From positions 22,358-86,357 of the forward strand of contig CAKSFK010000001.1 of assembly GCA_934454655.1 (NCBI GenBank): a stretch of DNA of 64,000 bases, read 5' to 3'. The position numbers were made by a program, and so were the translations under genes. Positions 25,611 to 34,001 of the stretch are shown one piece after another. Position 1 is the first letter of the stretch, and each line of letters starts with the position of its first letter. This DNA comes from an uncultured Eubacteriales bacterium (GTDB lineage: Bacteria > Bacillota > Clostridia > Oscillospirales > Acutalibacteraceae). Under the pieces are notes generated by a model that searched no databases, was not told the DNA's origin, and worked only from the letters and a program-made list of their open reading frames with translations.

Positions 25611-26355
25611 AAATCTTAACTCCCTGAACAAGATAACGCTGATCATCGTTTCCGGTACAGGTTGAAAGCGTTATTATTTTATCGCTTTCGGTCAGGGAAA
25701 CATCGCTGTTTATATTGGCGCTTATTTTCCTTACGGAAAAAATGCTGTTAATATATTCGCGCCTTACGGCGTTGTCACTGAAATCATAACTCAGCATTAT
25801 ATGCCTGTCATCGGTAACGTATGCCGCGAATATCCTGTACTTCATAATTCTGCCCGGCATATAAACATTAATGTACGGGTTTTTCTCAAAAAAAGTTTTA
25901 TCCCTGTATTTTTTGAGCTGACCGAACATTGTGCCGTTACGCATATTATGCCCGTAAATCACGGTGTTAAAATCCTCAAAATCGGCAGAATTGTAATTTT
26001 CCGTGTAAATACTGCCGTAAGCCGAACGCTTGCCCTCAATCGTATGGGTGAGGTAGTAACCGTTATCGTCTTTATTTTGCAGAACCGGATAATCTATGAC
26101 CGTGCCCGGAATGTTTATCCAGGCGTATATTTCGGAGTTTTTCTTTTTAAGTTCAACAAAATTAACCGGAGGTTCAACATAATTTGTTTTAGAAGAGTTT
26201 TGCGGGTTGCTTGAAACGGCAACCTCACTTGCAAGCCTTTTCATACTGTTCGCCTGTTGCTGCATTACCGCGAAATACGCAATACAGCCCGCCGCACACA
26301 TAACAGATAATGCCAAAACAGCTATCCAAACCCCTTTGTGCGTTTTTTTCGTCAC
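25591..26355 (-). CDS. srtB: Class B sortase
   Basis: It has an N-terminal TM segment, Y.WI.IPGT.IDYPVLQ..DN.YYL.H, VIYGHNM and the catalytic TLSTC motif. Confidence 0.85.
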   Translation of the reverse strand: MTKKTHKGVWIAVLALSVMCAAGCIAYFAVMQQQANSMKRLASEVAVSSNPQNSSKTNYVEPPVNFVELKKKNSEIYAWINIPGTVIDYPVLQNKDDNGYYLTHTIEGKRSAYGSIYTENYNSADFEDFNTVIYGHNMRNGTMFGQLKKYRDKTFFEKNPYINVYMPGRIMKYRIFAAYVTDDRHIMLSYDFSDNAVRREYINSIFSVRKISANINSDVSLTESDKIITLSTCTGNDDQRYLVQGVKIYDSKDQ

Positions 26356-26403
26356 TCAACCCTCCGTTCATAGCCGAAAATTCCATAAATCATCCTTATG
26401 CCG

Positions 26404-26432
26404 ATTATACATTATTAAGCCCCAAAAGTCAA
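26404..26432 (-). promoter_or_regulatory. Sigma-A promoter of the srtB-lcp-substrate operon
   Basis: On the minus strand: TTGACT (26432-26427), 17 nt, TATAAT (26409-26404). Confidence 0.5.
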
Positions 26433-26498
26433 CCCCTGCGGGAACAATTTTTTAGAGCGTTATTCGTATAATATGCCAAATAATGCTCGTTAAAAGCA

Positions 26499-27482
26499 TT
26501 AATGTTCACTGCGTTTCGGGCGCCTCATAAGGTCGTTTGTTACGTTGTGTACGTCCTTGCCCTCGTACAGAACGGCGTAGCATTCCTCAATTATCGGCAT
26601 TTCGATTTTGTACTTTTTGCAAAGGGAGTATGCCATATCGGCGGCGTAATACCCCTCAACCGTTCCCACCTCTTCGAGCGCCTGCTTTATGGGCATTCCG
26701 CAGCCGACCTTATGACCGAAACGGTTGTTGCGGCTGTGCCGCGAGGTGCAAGTAACAACAAGGTCGCCTATTCCCGCAAGCCCCGCAAAGGTGTATTCCC
26801 TGGCGCCCATACAAACGCCGAGGCGCGCCATTTCCGCAAGCCCTCTTGTTATAAGCGCCGCCTTTGAATTGTCGCCGAGCCCGAGTCCGTCGCAAAATCC
26901 GGCGGCAATGGCGATAACGTTTTTGAGCGCTCCGCCCAGTTCAACGCCGATAAGGTCGTCCGACGTATATACTCTGAGGTTTTCGCCCGACATTATGTTC
27001 TGAACTATCTGCGCCGTAACGGTTGAGTCCGCCGCGGCAACAACCGATGTGGGAATTCCGCGCGCAACCTCCTCGGCGTGGGAGGGACCCGACAGCACGG
27101 CAACCTTGGCGTCGGGAATTTCGTCCGCAATCACCTGCGACAGGCGCTTAAGGCTTCCCTTTTCAAGTCCCTTTGCAACATTTACAACTATTCCGAAGTC
27201 CTTAAAATCCGCAAGCTTTGCCACCGTTGCGCGTATTACCGACGAGGGTGTTGCGATAATCGTCAGCGCCGAGCCCTCGACGCAGGACATATCGGTTGTT
27301 ATTTTTATTCCGTCATTAAGCTTTACGCCGCTTAAAAGCCGCTCGTTTCCGCGCTCGGTTTTAAGCAGGCGCGCCTCGTCCTCAAACGGCGTCCAGAGGG
27401 TCACGTCGTTTCCGCCGGAAAAAGCGGAAACAGCAAGCGCCATACCCCATCCGCCCGAGCCTAAAATACTTATTTTTGCCAC
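26499..27482 (-). CDS. gpsA: NAD(P)H-dependent glycerol-3-phosphate dehydrogenase
   Basis: It has ISILGSGGWG, GPSHAEEV and LKNVIAIA. It is in the conserved der-plsY-gpsA context. Confidence 0.9.
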   Translation of the reverse strand: MAKISILGSGGWGMALAVSAFSGGNDVTLWTPFEDEARLLKTERGNERLLSGVKLNDGIKITTDMSCVEGSALTIIATPSSVIRATVAKLADFKDFGIVVNVAKGLEKGSLKRLSQVIADEIPDAKVAVLSGPSHAEEVARGIPTSVVAAADSTVTAQIVQNIMSGENLRVYTSDDLIGVELGGALKNVIAIAAGFCDGLGLGDNSKAALITRGLAEMARLGVCMGAREYTFAGLAGIGDLVVTCTSRHSRNNRFGHKVGCGMPIKQALEEVGTVEGYYAADMAYSLCKKYKIEMPIIEECYAVLYEGKDVHNVTNDLMRRPKRSEH

Positions 27483-27488
27483 AGTGCG

Positions 27489-28145
27489 TCACTCCTTTCC
27501 GGTTTTGCGTATTTTAATTTTCTTTTCTTCGCCTTTAACAAGGCGCTTAATGTTATCCTTATGCTTTGCGAACACAATAACCCCCATACTTATGCTCAGT
27601 ATGTAGGGCACCGCCCTTGGTGCGGTGTCAGCGTAGAAAACCAGCGACAACGAAATTACCGTTACCGTTGCTACAAGCGAGCTTAACGACACTATGCGCG
27701 TTATAAGCACGCCGAGAGCGAACACCGCAAGCCCGATTATTATCGCTTTGGGACAGCACACCGCAAAAATACCCACGCTTGTGGCAACGCCCTTGCCGCC
27801 CTTAAACTGAAAGAACACGGGGAAGATGTGACCTATCATACAAACAACTCCACAGGCGTAAGCGCCGTATATGGGGTGCGCCCATTCCGCTCCGCCCGAC
27901 TGCGCCGCCGCAAACAGCAGTTTGCCCGCATAGCACGCGGCAAAGCCTTTAAGCACGTCGCACACAAAGGTAAGCACGCCGGGAAGCAGCCCCGCGGTAC
28001 GCATAACGTTTGTTGTACCCGCGTTTCCGCTGCCCAGGGCGCGGACATCCTTTTTAAGAAACGCGTTCGCGAATATCACCGCAAAATTGACGCTGCCCGC
28101 AAGATAGGCGAACACAAGCGCGCAAAAACACAAAAGAACTGCCAT
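27489..28145 (-). CDS. plsY: Glycerol-3-phosphate acyltransferase PlsY
   Basis: It has YL.GS.NFA, GSGN.G.TN and F.GGKGVAT. Confidence 0.9.
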   Translation of the reverse strand: MAVLLCFCALVFAYLAGSVNFAVIFANAFLKKDVRALGSGNAGTTNVMRTAGLLPGVLTFVCDVLKGFAACYAGKLLFAAAQSGGAEWAHPIYGAYACGVVCMIGHIFPVFFQFKGGKGVATSVGIFAVCCPKAIIIGLAVFALGVLITRIVSLSSLVATVTVISLSLVFYADTAPRAVPYILSISMGVIVFAKHKDNIKRLVKGEEKKIKIRKTGKE

Positions 28146-29467
28146 TATTTTTCTCCCCTTTCGCGTATTATAAACCTCACGGGAGTACCCTCAAGCCCGA
28201 AGGTGGAGCGTATCTGGTTTTCAAGATAACGCTGATATGAAAAGTGGAAAAGCTCCGCTTTATTACAGAAGCATACAAATGTGGGGGGCTTTACGGAAAT
28301 TTGCGTTATATAATATATTTTAAGCCGTTTGCCCTTGTCGCTCGGCGGCTGCACCCTTGCGGTCGCGTCCGCGAGCAGGTCGTTGAGCATACCCGTTGAG
28401 ATACGCATACAGTTTTGCTCATACACATATTTTATAAGTTCAAACAGTCTGTCAACACGCTGACCGGTCTTGGCGGAAATAAAAATTATCGGCGCGTAGG
28501 GCATAAACGAAAAGTCCTTCATAAGGCTTTTTCGCATACTGTCCATTGTTTTTCCGGTTTTATCAACCGCGTCCCACTTGTTAACGGCAATAATGCACGC
28601 CTTGCCCTGCTCAAGCGCAAGTCCCGCAACCTTTGAGTCCTGCTCGGTAAAGCCCTCGGTGCCGTCGATCATTATAACGCACACGTCCGCGCGTTCAACC
28701 GCCATTTCCGCCCTTATAACGCTGTATTTTTCAATTTTATCATCCACGCGGCTCTTACGGCGAAGGCCTGCGGTGTCGATAAAATTATATTCCGTGCCGT
28801 CGCGCTGTATTCGCGTGTCGATTGCGTCACGCGTTGTACCCGCAACGTCCGACACGATAGAGCGTTCCTCACCCGCAATGCTGTTTATGAGTGAGGATTT
28901 ACCCGCGTTGGGCTTGCCGATGACCGCAACGTTTATTATCTCCTCGTCCGAATTATCAAATTCGCATTCGGGAATATGGGCTATAACCTCGTCAAGAAGG
29001 TCTCCCGTGCCGTGTCCGTGAACGGAGGAAACCGCTATGGGGTCGCCCAGTCCCAGATTGTAAAACTCATAAAACTCGGGCGGAACTTCACCGATGCCGT
29101 CGCACTTATTGACGCACAGCACAACCGGCTTGCCGCTTTTTTGCAGCATTGCGGCAACGTCGGCATCTGCCGCGGTAACGCCCGTTTTTATATCGGTAAC
29201 AAATATTATGACCGAGGCGGTGTCTATCGCAAGCTGTGCCTGGGAGCGCATACCCGAGAGAATCACGTCACCGTTATCCGGCTCTATTCCGCCGGTATCG
29301 ACCAGCATAAACCTTTTCCCGAGCCACTCCGAATCGCCGTAGATACGGTCGCGCGTGACGCCCGGGGTATCATCTACGATCGAAAGCCTTTTTCCTATTA
29401 TTTTGTTAAAAAGGGTGGATTTTCCCACATTCGGTCTGCCCACGACCGCAACAACGGGTTTTGCCAT
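28145..29467 (-). CDS. der: Ribosome biogenesis GTPase Der (EngA)
   Basis: It has two tandem GTPase domains (GRPNVGKSTLFN and GKPNAGKSSLIN; DTGG and DTAG; NKCD and NKWD) plus a KH-like C-terminus. Confidence 0.95.
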   Translation of the reverse strand: MAKPVVAVVGRPNVGKSTLFNKIIGKRLSIVDDTPGVTRDRIYGDSEWLGKRFMLVDTGGIEPDNGDVILSGMRSQAQLAIDTASVIIFVTDIKTGVTAADADVAAMLQKSGKPVVLCVNKCDGIGEVPPEFYEFYNLGLGDPIAVSSVHGHGTGDLLDEVIAHIPECEFDNSDEEIINVAVIGKPNAGKSSLINSIAGEERSIVSDVAGTTRDAIDTRIQRDGTEYNFIDTAGLRRKSRVDDKIEKYSVIRAEMAVERADVCVIMIDGTEGFTEQDSKVAGLALEQGKACIIAVNKWDAVDKTGKTMDSMRKSLMKDFSFMPYAPIIFISAKTGQRVDRLFELIKYVYEQNCMRISTGMLNDLLADATARVQPPSDKGKRLKIYYITQISVKPPTFVCFCNKAELFHFSYQRYLENQIRSTFGLEGTPVRFIIRERGEK

Positions 29468-29499
29468 AATAACACCTCCGATGTGTTTAATTTATCGCC

Positions 29500-29575
29500 G
29501 AAATCCGTTTTTGAACGCGGATTCGGATTATTTTCGTTTGCTTAGTGTGACAGGTTCGAGTCCTGTCACACTAAG
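29500..29575. repeat. Solo MITE end fused to a 35 bp perfect palindromic element
   Basis: GAAATCCGTTTTTGAACGCGGATTCGGATTATTTTCGTTTG matches the right end of the 44561-44839 element. It is followed by CTTAGTGTGACAGG-TTCGAGT-CCTGTCACACTAAG (29541-29575), a 14 bp stem with a 7 nt loop. Confidence 0.7.
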
Positions 29576-29591
29576 CTGAAGCTGTCATTCT

Positions 29592-29626
29592 AAGCAAAAG
29601 CAGAGGAGGATTGTTTCCCCCTCTGC
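29592..29626 (-). terminator. Rho-independent terminator of yceD-rpmF
   Basis: On the minus strand: GCAGAGG-gggaaacaatc-CCTCTGC followed by TTTTGCTT. Confidence 0.55.
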
Positions 29627-29666
29627 CCTCAGTTCGGCGCAAAACCGCGCCGAAAATACTCCGAAA

Positions 29667-29849
29667 TTAATCTTCGGTTTTTATTACCTCGCGTCCGTTA
29701 TAATGGCCGCAGGCAGAACAAAGTCTGTGCGGACGCTTGTATGCGCCGCAATTAGAGCATCTGACTAATGTCGGAGCGCTAAGCTTCCAAAGATTGTTCC
29801 TTCTTTTATCACGTCTTGCCTTAGAGGTTTTTCTTTTCGGTACTGCCAT
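29667..29849 (-). CDS. rpmF: 50S ribosomal protein L32
   Basis: It begins MAVPKRKTSKARRDKRR and has a CxxC...CxxC zinc ribbon. Length is 60 aa. Confidence 0.9.
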   Translation of the reverse strand: MAVPKRKTSKARRDKRRNNLWKLSAPTLVRCSNCGAYKRPHRLCSACGHYNGREVIKTED

Positions 29850-29869
29850 TTCCTTAGCACCTCCTTTAA

Positions 29870-30364
29870 TTATTTAAGCAAATCGGCAAGAGCCGAAAGC
29901 CGCGGATCTATCTCTTTTTCAGGACATCCGCATTTACCCGAATTAAGGTTTTTGCCGCATTTCTGACAAATACCCTTGCAATCTTCCCGACACAGATGCT
30001 TCATAGGAACATCCGCCACCACCTCGGAGTATACAAACTCGTCAAGGTCGAGCTTCATATCGGGGACAAGCAGGATACTGTCGCTTTCCTCGCCTTCAAT
30101 GGAGGGGGCGAGCGATTTGCAGATATGCAGCGTGTGTTTTTTTACGGTATTGATTCCGCAGCGGTCGCACGGTCCGTCATACTCGTACGAAATAACGGCG
30201 TCGAGCTCCGTAAGGCCCGATCTGCCTGTAACTGCGCCGGAAATTTCAACCGGTTTCTTCAGCGGATAACCCCCGCCGAATCCCACTGTGCTCATATCCA
30301 GTGAATATTCAATAGGCAGGGAGGAATTTTCGTTTGCAAAAATGCGTTTTAAATCTACGATCAT
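29870..30364 (-). CDS. yceD: YceD/DUF177 family protein (large ribosomal RNA subunit accumulation protein)
   Basis: It is 164 aa, with the C-terminal Cys cluster CREDCKGICQKCGKNLN..CGC and DPRLSALADL. It is in the conserved position upstream of rpmF. Confidence 0.85.
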   Translation of the reverse strand: MIVDLKRIFANENSSLPIEYSLDMSTVGFGGGYPLKKPVEISGAVTGRSGLTELDAVISYEYDGPCDRCGINTVKKHTLHICKSLAPSIEGEESDSILLVPDMKLDLDEFVYSEVVADVPMKHLCREDCKGICQKCGKNLNSGKCGCPEKEIDPRLSALADLLK

Positions 30365-30391
30365 ACTTCCACCTCTACCGCCGCAAAATAT

Positions 30392-30420
30392 ATTATAGCT
30401 TTACGGCAGGGTTTTGTCAA
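30392..30420 (-). promoter_or_regulatory. Consensus sigma-A promoter of yceD-rpmF
   Basis: On the minus strand: TTGACA (30420-30415), 17 nt, TATAAT (30397-30392). Confidence 0.6.
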
Positions 30421-30453
30421 GATTTTATTTACAATGCGGCGCATTTCGTTTGT

Positions 30454-31230
30454 CTAGACAATAACGCCGCGCTTGCAGGCGGTTTTGCATTTGCCGCACC
30501 CGGTACAGAGAGTATAATCTATAACGGCAACATTGTCAGTAACCCTAACGGCGCCGTTTTCGCACGCTTTTACGCACATGCCGCACCCTACGCAGGAAAC
30601 GCCGCACGCCTTTACGACCTTTGCGCCCTTTCGCCTGTTGGAGCAGGCGGCAAAAATCTTTTGCGATTTCGGCACAAGGCTTATCAGTGACTTGGGACAG
30701 ACCGCGGTGCATTTGCCGCAGCCCACGCATATATCCCCGCAAACCGCGGGTCTGCCGTTTTCGAGCGTGATTGCTCCGAACGGACAGGCGGCGGCGCAAT
30801 CGCCGAAGCCGATACAGCCGTATTCGCAGGAAAGCGGACCGGAATGGAGCATATTTGCGGCGGTACAGCTTAAAATTCCGCTGTAAGCGTATTTCACGGC
30901 GCTTTTCTCGCGGCTGCCGCCGCAGGCAATAAACGCAACCTTAGGCTCTGTTTTAACCTCTACGCCGAGTATTTCCGCAATAGCCGCGGCGGCTGCAGCG
31001 CCGCCGGGCGCGCATTTATCGGGCGGCGCCTCGCCCGACGCTACGGCGGCGGCGTAGCCGTCGCACCCGGAAAATCCGCAGGCGCCGCAGTTGGCTCCGG
31101 GCAGAGCCCCACGCACCTTTTCCTGCTTTTCGTCCACGGGGACAGCCATAAATTTTGAGGCAAGGGAAAGCCCCACGCCGGCTATAAGACCGATTGCCGC
31201 CACTATTATAACGGGTATTAATATTTCCAT
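30454..31230 (-). CDS. rnfB: Rnf electron-transport complex subunit B (polyferredoxin)
   Basis: It has an N-terminal TM helix, the CGACGFSGC motif and several CxxCxxCxxxC ferredoxin motifs. It is the last gene of rnfCDGEAB. Confidence 0.9.
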   Translation of the reverse strand: MEILIPVIIVAAIGLIAGVGLSLASKFMAVPVDEKQEKVRGALPGANCGACGFSGCDGYAAAVASGEAPPDKCAPGGAAAAAAIAEILGVEVKTEPKVAFIACGGSREKSAVKYAYSGILSCTAANMLHSGPLSCEYGCIGFGDCAAACPFGAITLENGRPAVCGDICVGCGKCTAVCPKSLISLVPKSQKIFAACSNRRKGAKVVKACGVSCVGCGMCVKACENGAVRVTDNVAVIDYTLCTGCGKCKTACKRGVIV

Positions 31231-31235
31231 TGTTA

Positions 31236-31817
31236 TCAGCCCCCTATTCCGGCAAATCCCAAGAACGAAAGCGAAACGAGCGCCGCCGCCACAAGGGTTA
31301 TGGGAAGTCCCTTTAGAAATTCGGGTATATCGGAGGTTTCCATTCTTTCCCGCACACCCGAAAACAGGAGCATTGCAAGCATAAAGCCGAGCCCCGCGCC
31401 CAGCGCGTTTACAAGTGATTTAACAAAGCCGAGCCCGTTTGTGATGTTAAGCATTGTAATACCCAGAACCGCGCAGTTTGTGGTTATAAGCGGCAGGTAA
31501 ATGCCGAGCGAATTGTATATCGGCTTTATGTAGCGCTTTAACACTATTTCAATCAGCTGAACTATCGCGGCGATTACCAGAATAAACACAATGGTTTCAA
31601 GATATGTATAGTGGGGATACAATAAAAAGTGATATATAGGCCACGTAACGGCGGAGGACACCACCATTACAAGCGTTACGGCAATGCTCATTGAAAGGGC
31701 GGTGTCGGTTTTTTTGGAAACGCCCAAAAAAGGACATATCCCCAAAAACTTTGAAAGCACCATATTGTTTGTAAGAATTGCCGCAAGCAATACGGAAGCA
31801 ACGGAAGTACTATTCAC
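31236..31817 (-). CDS. rnfA: Rnf complex subunit A
   Basis: It is a 193-aa polytopic protein with NN.VL..FLG.CPFLGVS and ITTNCA.LG. Confidence 0.9.
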   Translation of the reverse strand: MNSTSVASVLLAAILTNNMVLSKFLGICPFLGVSKKTDTALSMSIAVTLVMVVSSAVTWPIYHFLLYPHYTYLETIVFILVIAAIVQLIEIVLKRYIKPIYNSLGIYLPLITTNCAVLGITMLNITNGLGFVKSLVNALGAGLGFMLAMLLFSGVRERMETSDIPEFLKGLPITLVAAALVSLSFLGFAGIGG

Positions 31818-32502
31818 TTAAAGCCGCCTCCTCTTCTTTTTCACATTTGCCGCACACATTCTTTGAGGGGCAGCCCTCGCACCCCAAATGTTCCGCGGGC
31901 TTTTTGCCGTTTTTCCCGGCAACGGCGTTTGACGCCGCAACAAGCATACCGAAAACAAAGAATCCGCCGGGCGGCAGTAAGAATATTATCATCGGGCTTA
32001 TAAAGCGCGACGTTACCGGGAACGAAAACAGCGAACCGGCGCCCAAAAGCTCGCGCACGGCGCCCATAAGGGTCAGCACGGCGGTAAAGCCGAGTCCCAT
32101 ACCGAGTCCGTCAAGAACGCTCGGAAGCACGGGATTTTTGGATGCGAACATTTCGGCGCGCGCCAATATTATGCAGTTGACAACAATAAGCGGCAGATAA
32201 ATACCCAGCGCCTTGTCGATTTCGGGCAGAAACGCCTTTACAAGCATTTGAACCACGCTTACAAAGCCCGCGATAACGGTTATAAATGCGGGAATACGCA
32301 CCTTATCGGGAATAATATTTCTGAGCAGTGAAACAGCAAGGTTACTGCACACAAGCACAAGAGTTGCCGAAAGCCCCATACCTATGCCGTTTATTGCCGC
32401 GGTTGTAACCGCAAGTGTAGGGCAGGTGCCGAGCACCAACCGCAGGGTGGGGTTTTCCTTTACAAGACCGTTTGTGAAATATCCGAGATATTTATTCTTC
32501 AT
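31810..32502 (-). CDS. rnfE: Rnf complex subunit E
   Basis: It has NP.L...LG.CP.LAVTT and LIVVNCII. It also carries an unusual Cys-rich C-terminal tail (GCEGCPSKNVCGKCEKE). Confidence 0.9.
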   Translation of the reverse strand: MKNKYLGYFTNGLVKENPTLRLVLGTCPTLAVTTAAINGIGMGLSATLVLVCSNLAVSLLRNIIPDKVRIPAFITVIAGFVSVVQMLVKAFLPEIDKALGIYLPLIVVNCIILARAEMFASKNPVLPSVLDGLGMGLGFTAVLTLMGAVRELLGAGSLFSFPVTSRFISPMIIFLLPPGGFFVFGMLVAASNAVAGKNGKKPAEHLGCEGCPSKNVCGKCEKEEEAALSE

Positions 32503-33082
32503 CTTCCGCCGCCCCCTTTATCTTTTCAAAATTATCGAGCGCCTTGTTTACCGCGCGCGTCACGGCGGTGGATGTGACCGTAGCGCCGGTCACGGCGTCA
32601 ATCTCGTTATTATCGTGATCGGCCCCGTTTTTAAGCAGGGAAACGCCCTTTTTAAGCCCCGCAAACTGCGAGAAAAAGCTTTCCTTTGCGGCGTTCTGCC
32701 CAAGACCCGGGGTTTCGTTTGAAACATCAAGCACGGCAACGCCCGCCACGGTGCCGTCGGGCTTTACCGCCGTCATAACCGAAACGTCGCCGCCGTAGCC
32801 CTTTGCGCTTTCGGTGAATATGTATGCCGCCGTTTCGCCGTTAAGGGTTGCCGCGTAATATTCGGTATCGCCCGCGTTCAGCTTTTCAAAGCTGTCTGCC
32901 TTAACAAGCGCCGACATATTTTTTTTGCTGTTTTCCGCCTCAAGCGCGGCAATTTTTTTTGCGGTTATCTTATCGGTTAAGCTGAGCGCCAGCGGAATTA
33001 CGATGCAGATTGCAAGCAGAACCGCAACCGGCTTTATTATGTCGTCGCGGTTTTTCTTTATAATTTCGGTAATTTTACTCAT
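32492..33082 (-). CDS. rnfG: Rnf complex subunit G (FMN-binding)
   Basis: It has a TM anchor and the FMN attachment motif DAVTGATVTS. The start is set at MSKITE (AAGGAGG SD); the track ORF extends to 33109. Confidence 0.85.
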   Translation of the reverse strand: MSKITEIIKKNRDDIIKPVAVLLAICIVIPLALSLTDKITAKKIAALEAENSKKNMSALVKADSFEKLNAGDTEYYAATLNGETAAYIFTESAKGYGGDVSVMTAVKPDGTVAGVAVLDVSNETPGLGQNAAKESFFSQFAGLKKGVSLLKNGADHDNNEIDAVTGATVTSTAVTRAVNKALDNFEKIKGAAEDEE

Positions 33083-34001
33083 TTTCCGCCGCCTCCTTAG
33101 GTTTTTCAAAGCCGAACGGCTGTGACAGAGTGAAGCGGTTTATGTGCGGCACTAAAATGTTCATAATAAGTATCGCGTAGGAAACGCCCTCGTTTAAAGA
33201 GCCGAACCTTCTTATAACAAAGGTTATTATTCCGCACCCCACTCCGAAAACCGCCTTGCCGAGTGTTGTCACGGGGCTTGTTGTATAATCGGTCGCCATA
33301 AACACCGCACCTAAGATAAGCCCGCCGCCGAAAACCGAAAGCTTTACGTCAAGTCCGCCTATTAAAGAAAGCAGCGCAACGGTGCCGATAAAGCACACGG
33401 GTATAACGGGTGAAATAACGCGCCTTATTATAAGGTAAGCGCCGCCTACAAGCAGCAGAAAAGCCGAGGTTTCGCCTATCGACCCCGCGTGCATACCGAA
33501 AAACAGCGATTTAAATGCGGTTTCGCCGCCCGCAAGCGGTGTTGCCGAGGTTACAACGTCCGACACAGGCTCGGTAAATTTCGTCATTGTTGCGGGGAAG
33601 GAAACCAACAGCACTATTCGCGCCGCAATTGCGGGATTTGCAAAATTACAGCCAATACCGCCGAACATCTGCTTTACGACTATTACGGCAACCGCACTGC
33701 CGATCGCCGCCTGCCACAACGGCAGGGAGGACGGCAGATTCATACCGAGCAAGAGCCCTGTTACAACCGCCGACATATCCGTAACGGTGAGGGGTTTTTT
33801 AAGCGCCTTTGTCCATAAAAATTCGCATAGCACCGCCGCCGCAACACAGGTAAGCAGCACAAACAGCGCGCGCAGACCGAAGAGTATGCAGCCGAATACC
33901 GCCGCCGGCATAAGGGCAATTATCACGTCCGACATTATTCCGCGCGTTGTATCGCCGCAACGCAAATGCGGCGAGGAAGAAACGTTAAGCATATCGGTCA
34001 T
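33075..34001 (-). CDS. rnfD: Rnf complex subunit D
   Basis: It begins SSPH.R and has a polytopic core, with the FMN-binding region ATDYTTSP. Confidence 0.9.
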   Translation of the reverse strand: MTDMLNVSSSPHLRCGDTTRGIMSDVIIALMPAAVFGCILFGLRALFVLLTCVAAAVLCEFLWTKALKKPLTVTDMSAVVTGLLLGMNLPSSLPLWQAAIGSAVAVIVVKQMFGGIGCNFANPAIAARIVLLVSFPATMTKFTEPVSDVVTSATPLAGGETAFKSLFFGMHAGSIGETSAFLLLVGGAYLIIRRVISPVIPVCFIGTVALLSLIGGLDVKLSVFGGGLILGAVFMATDYTTSPVTTLGKAVFGVGCGIITFVIRRFGSLNEGVSYAILIMNILVPHINRFTLSQPFGFEKPKEAAENE

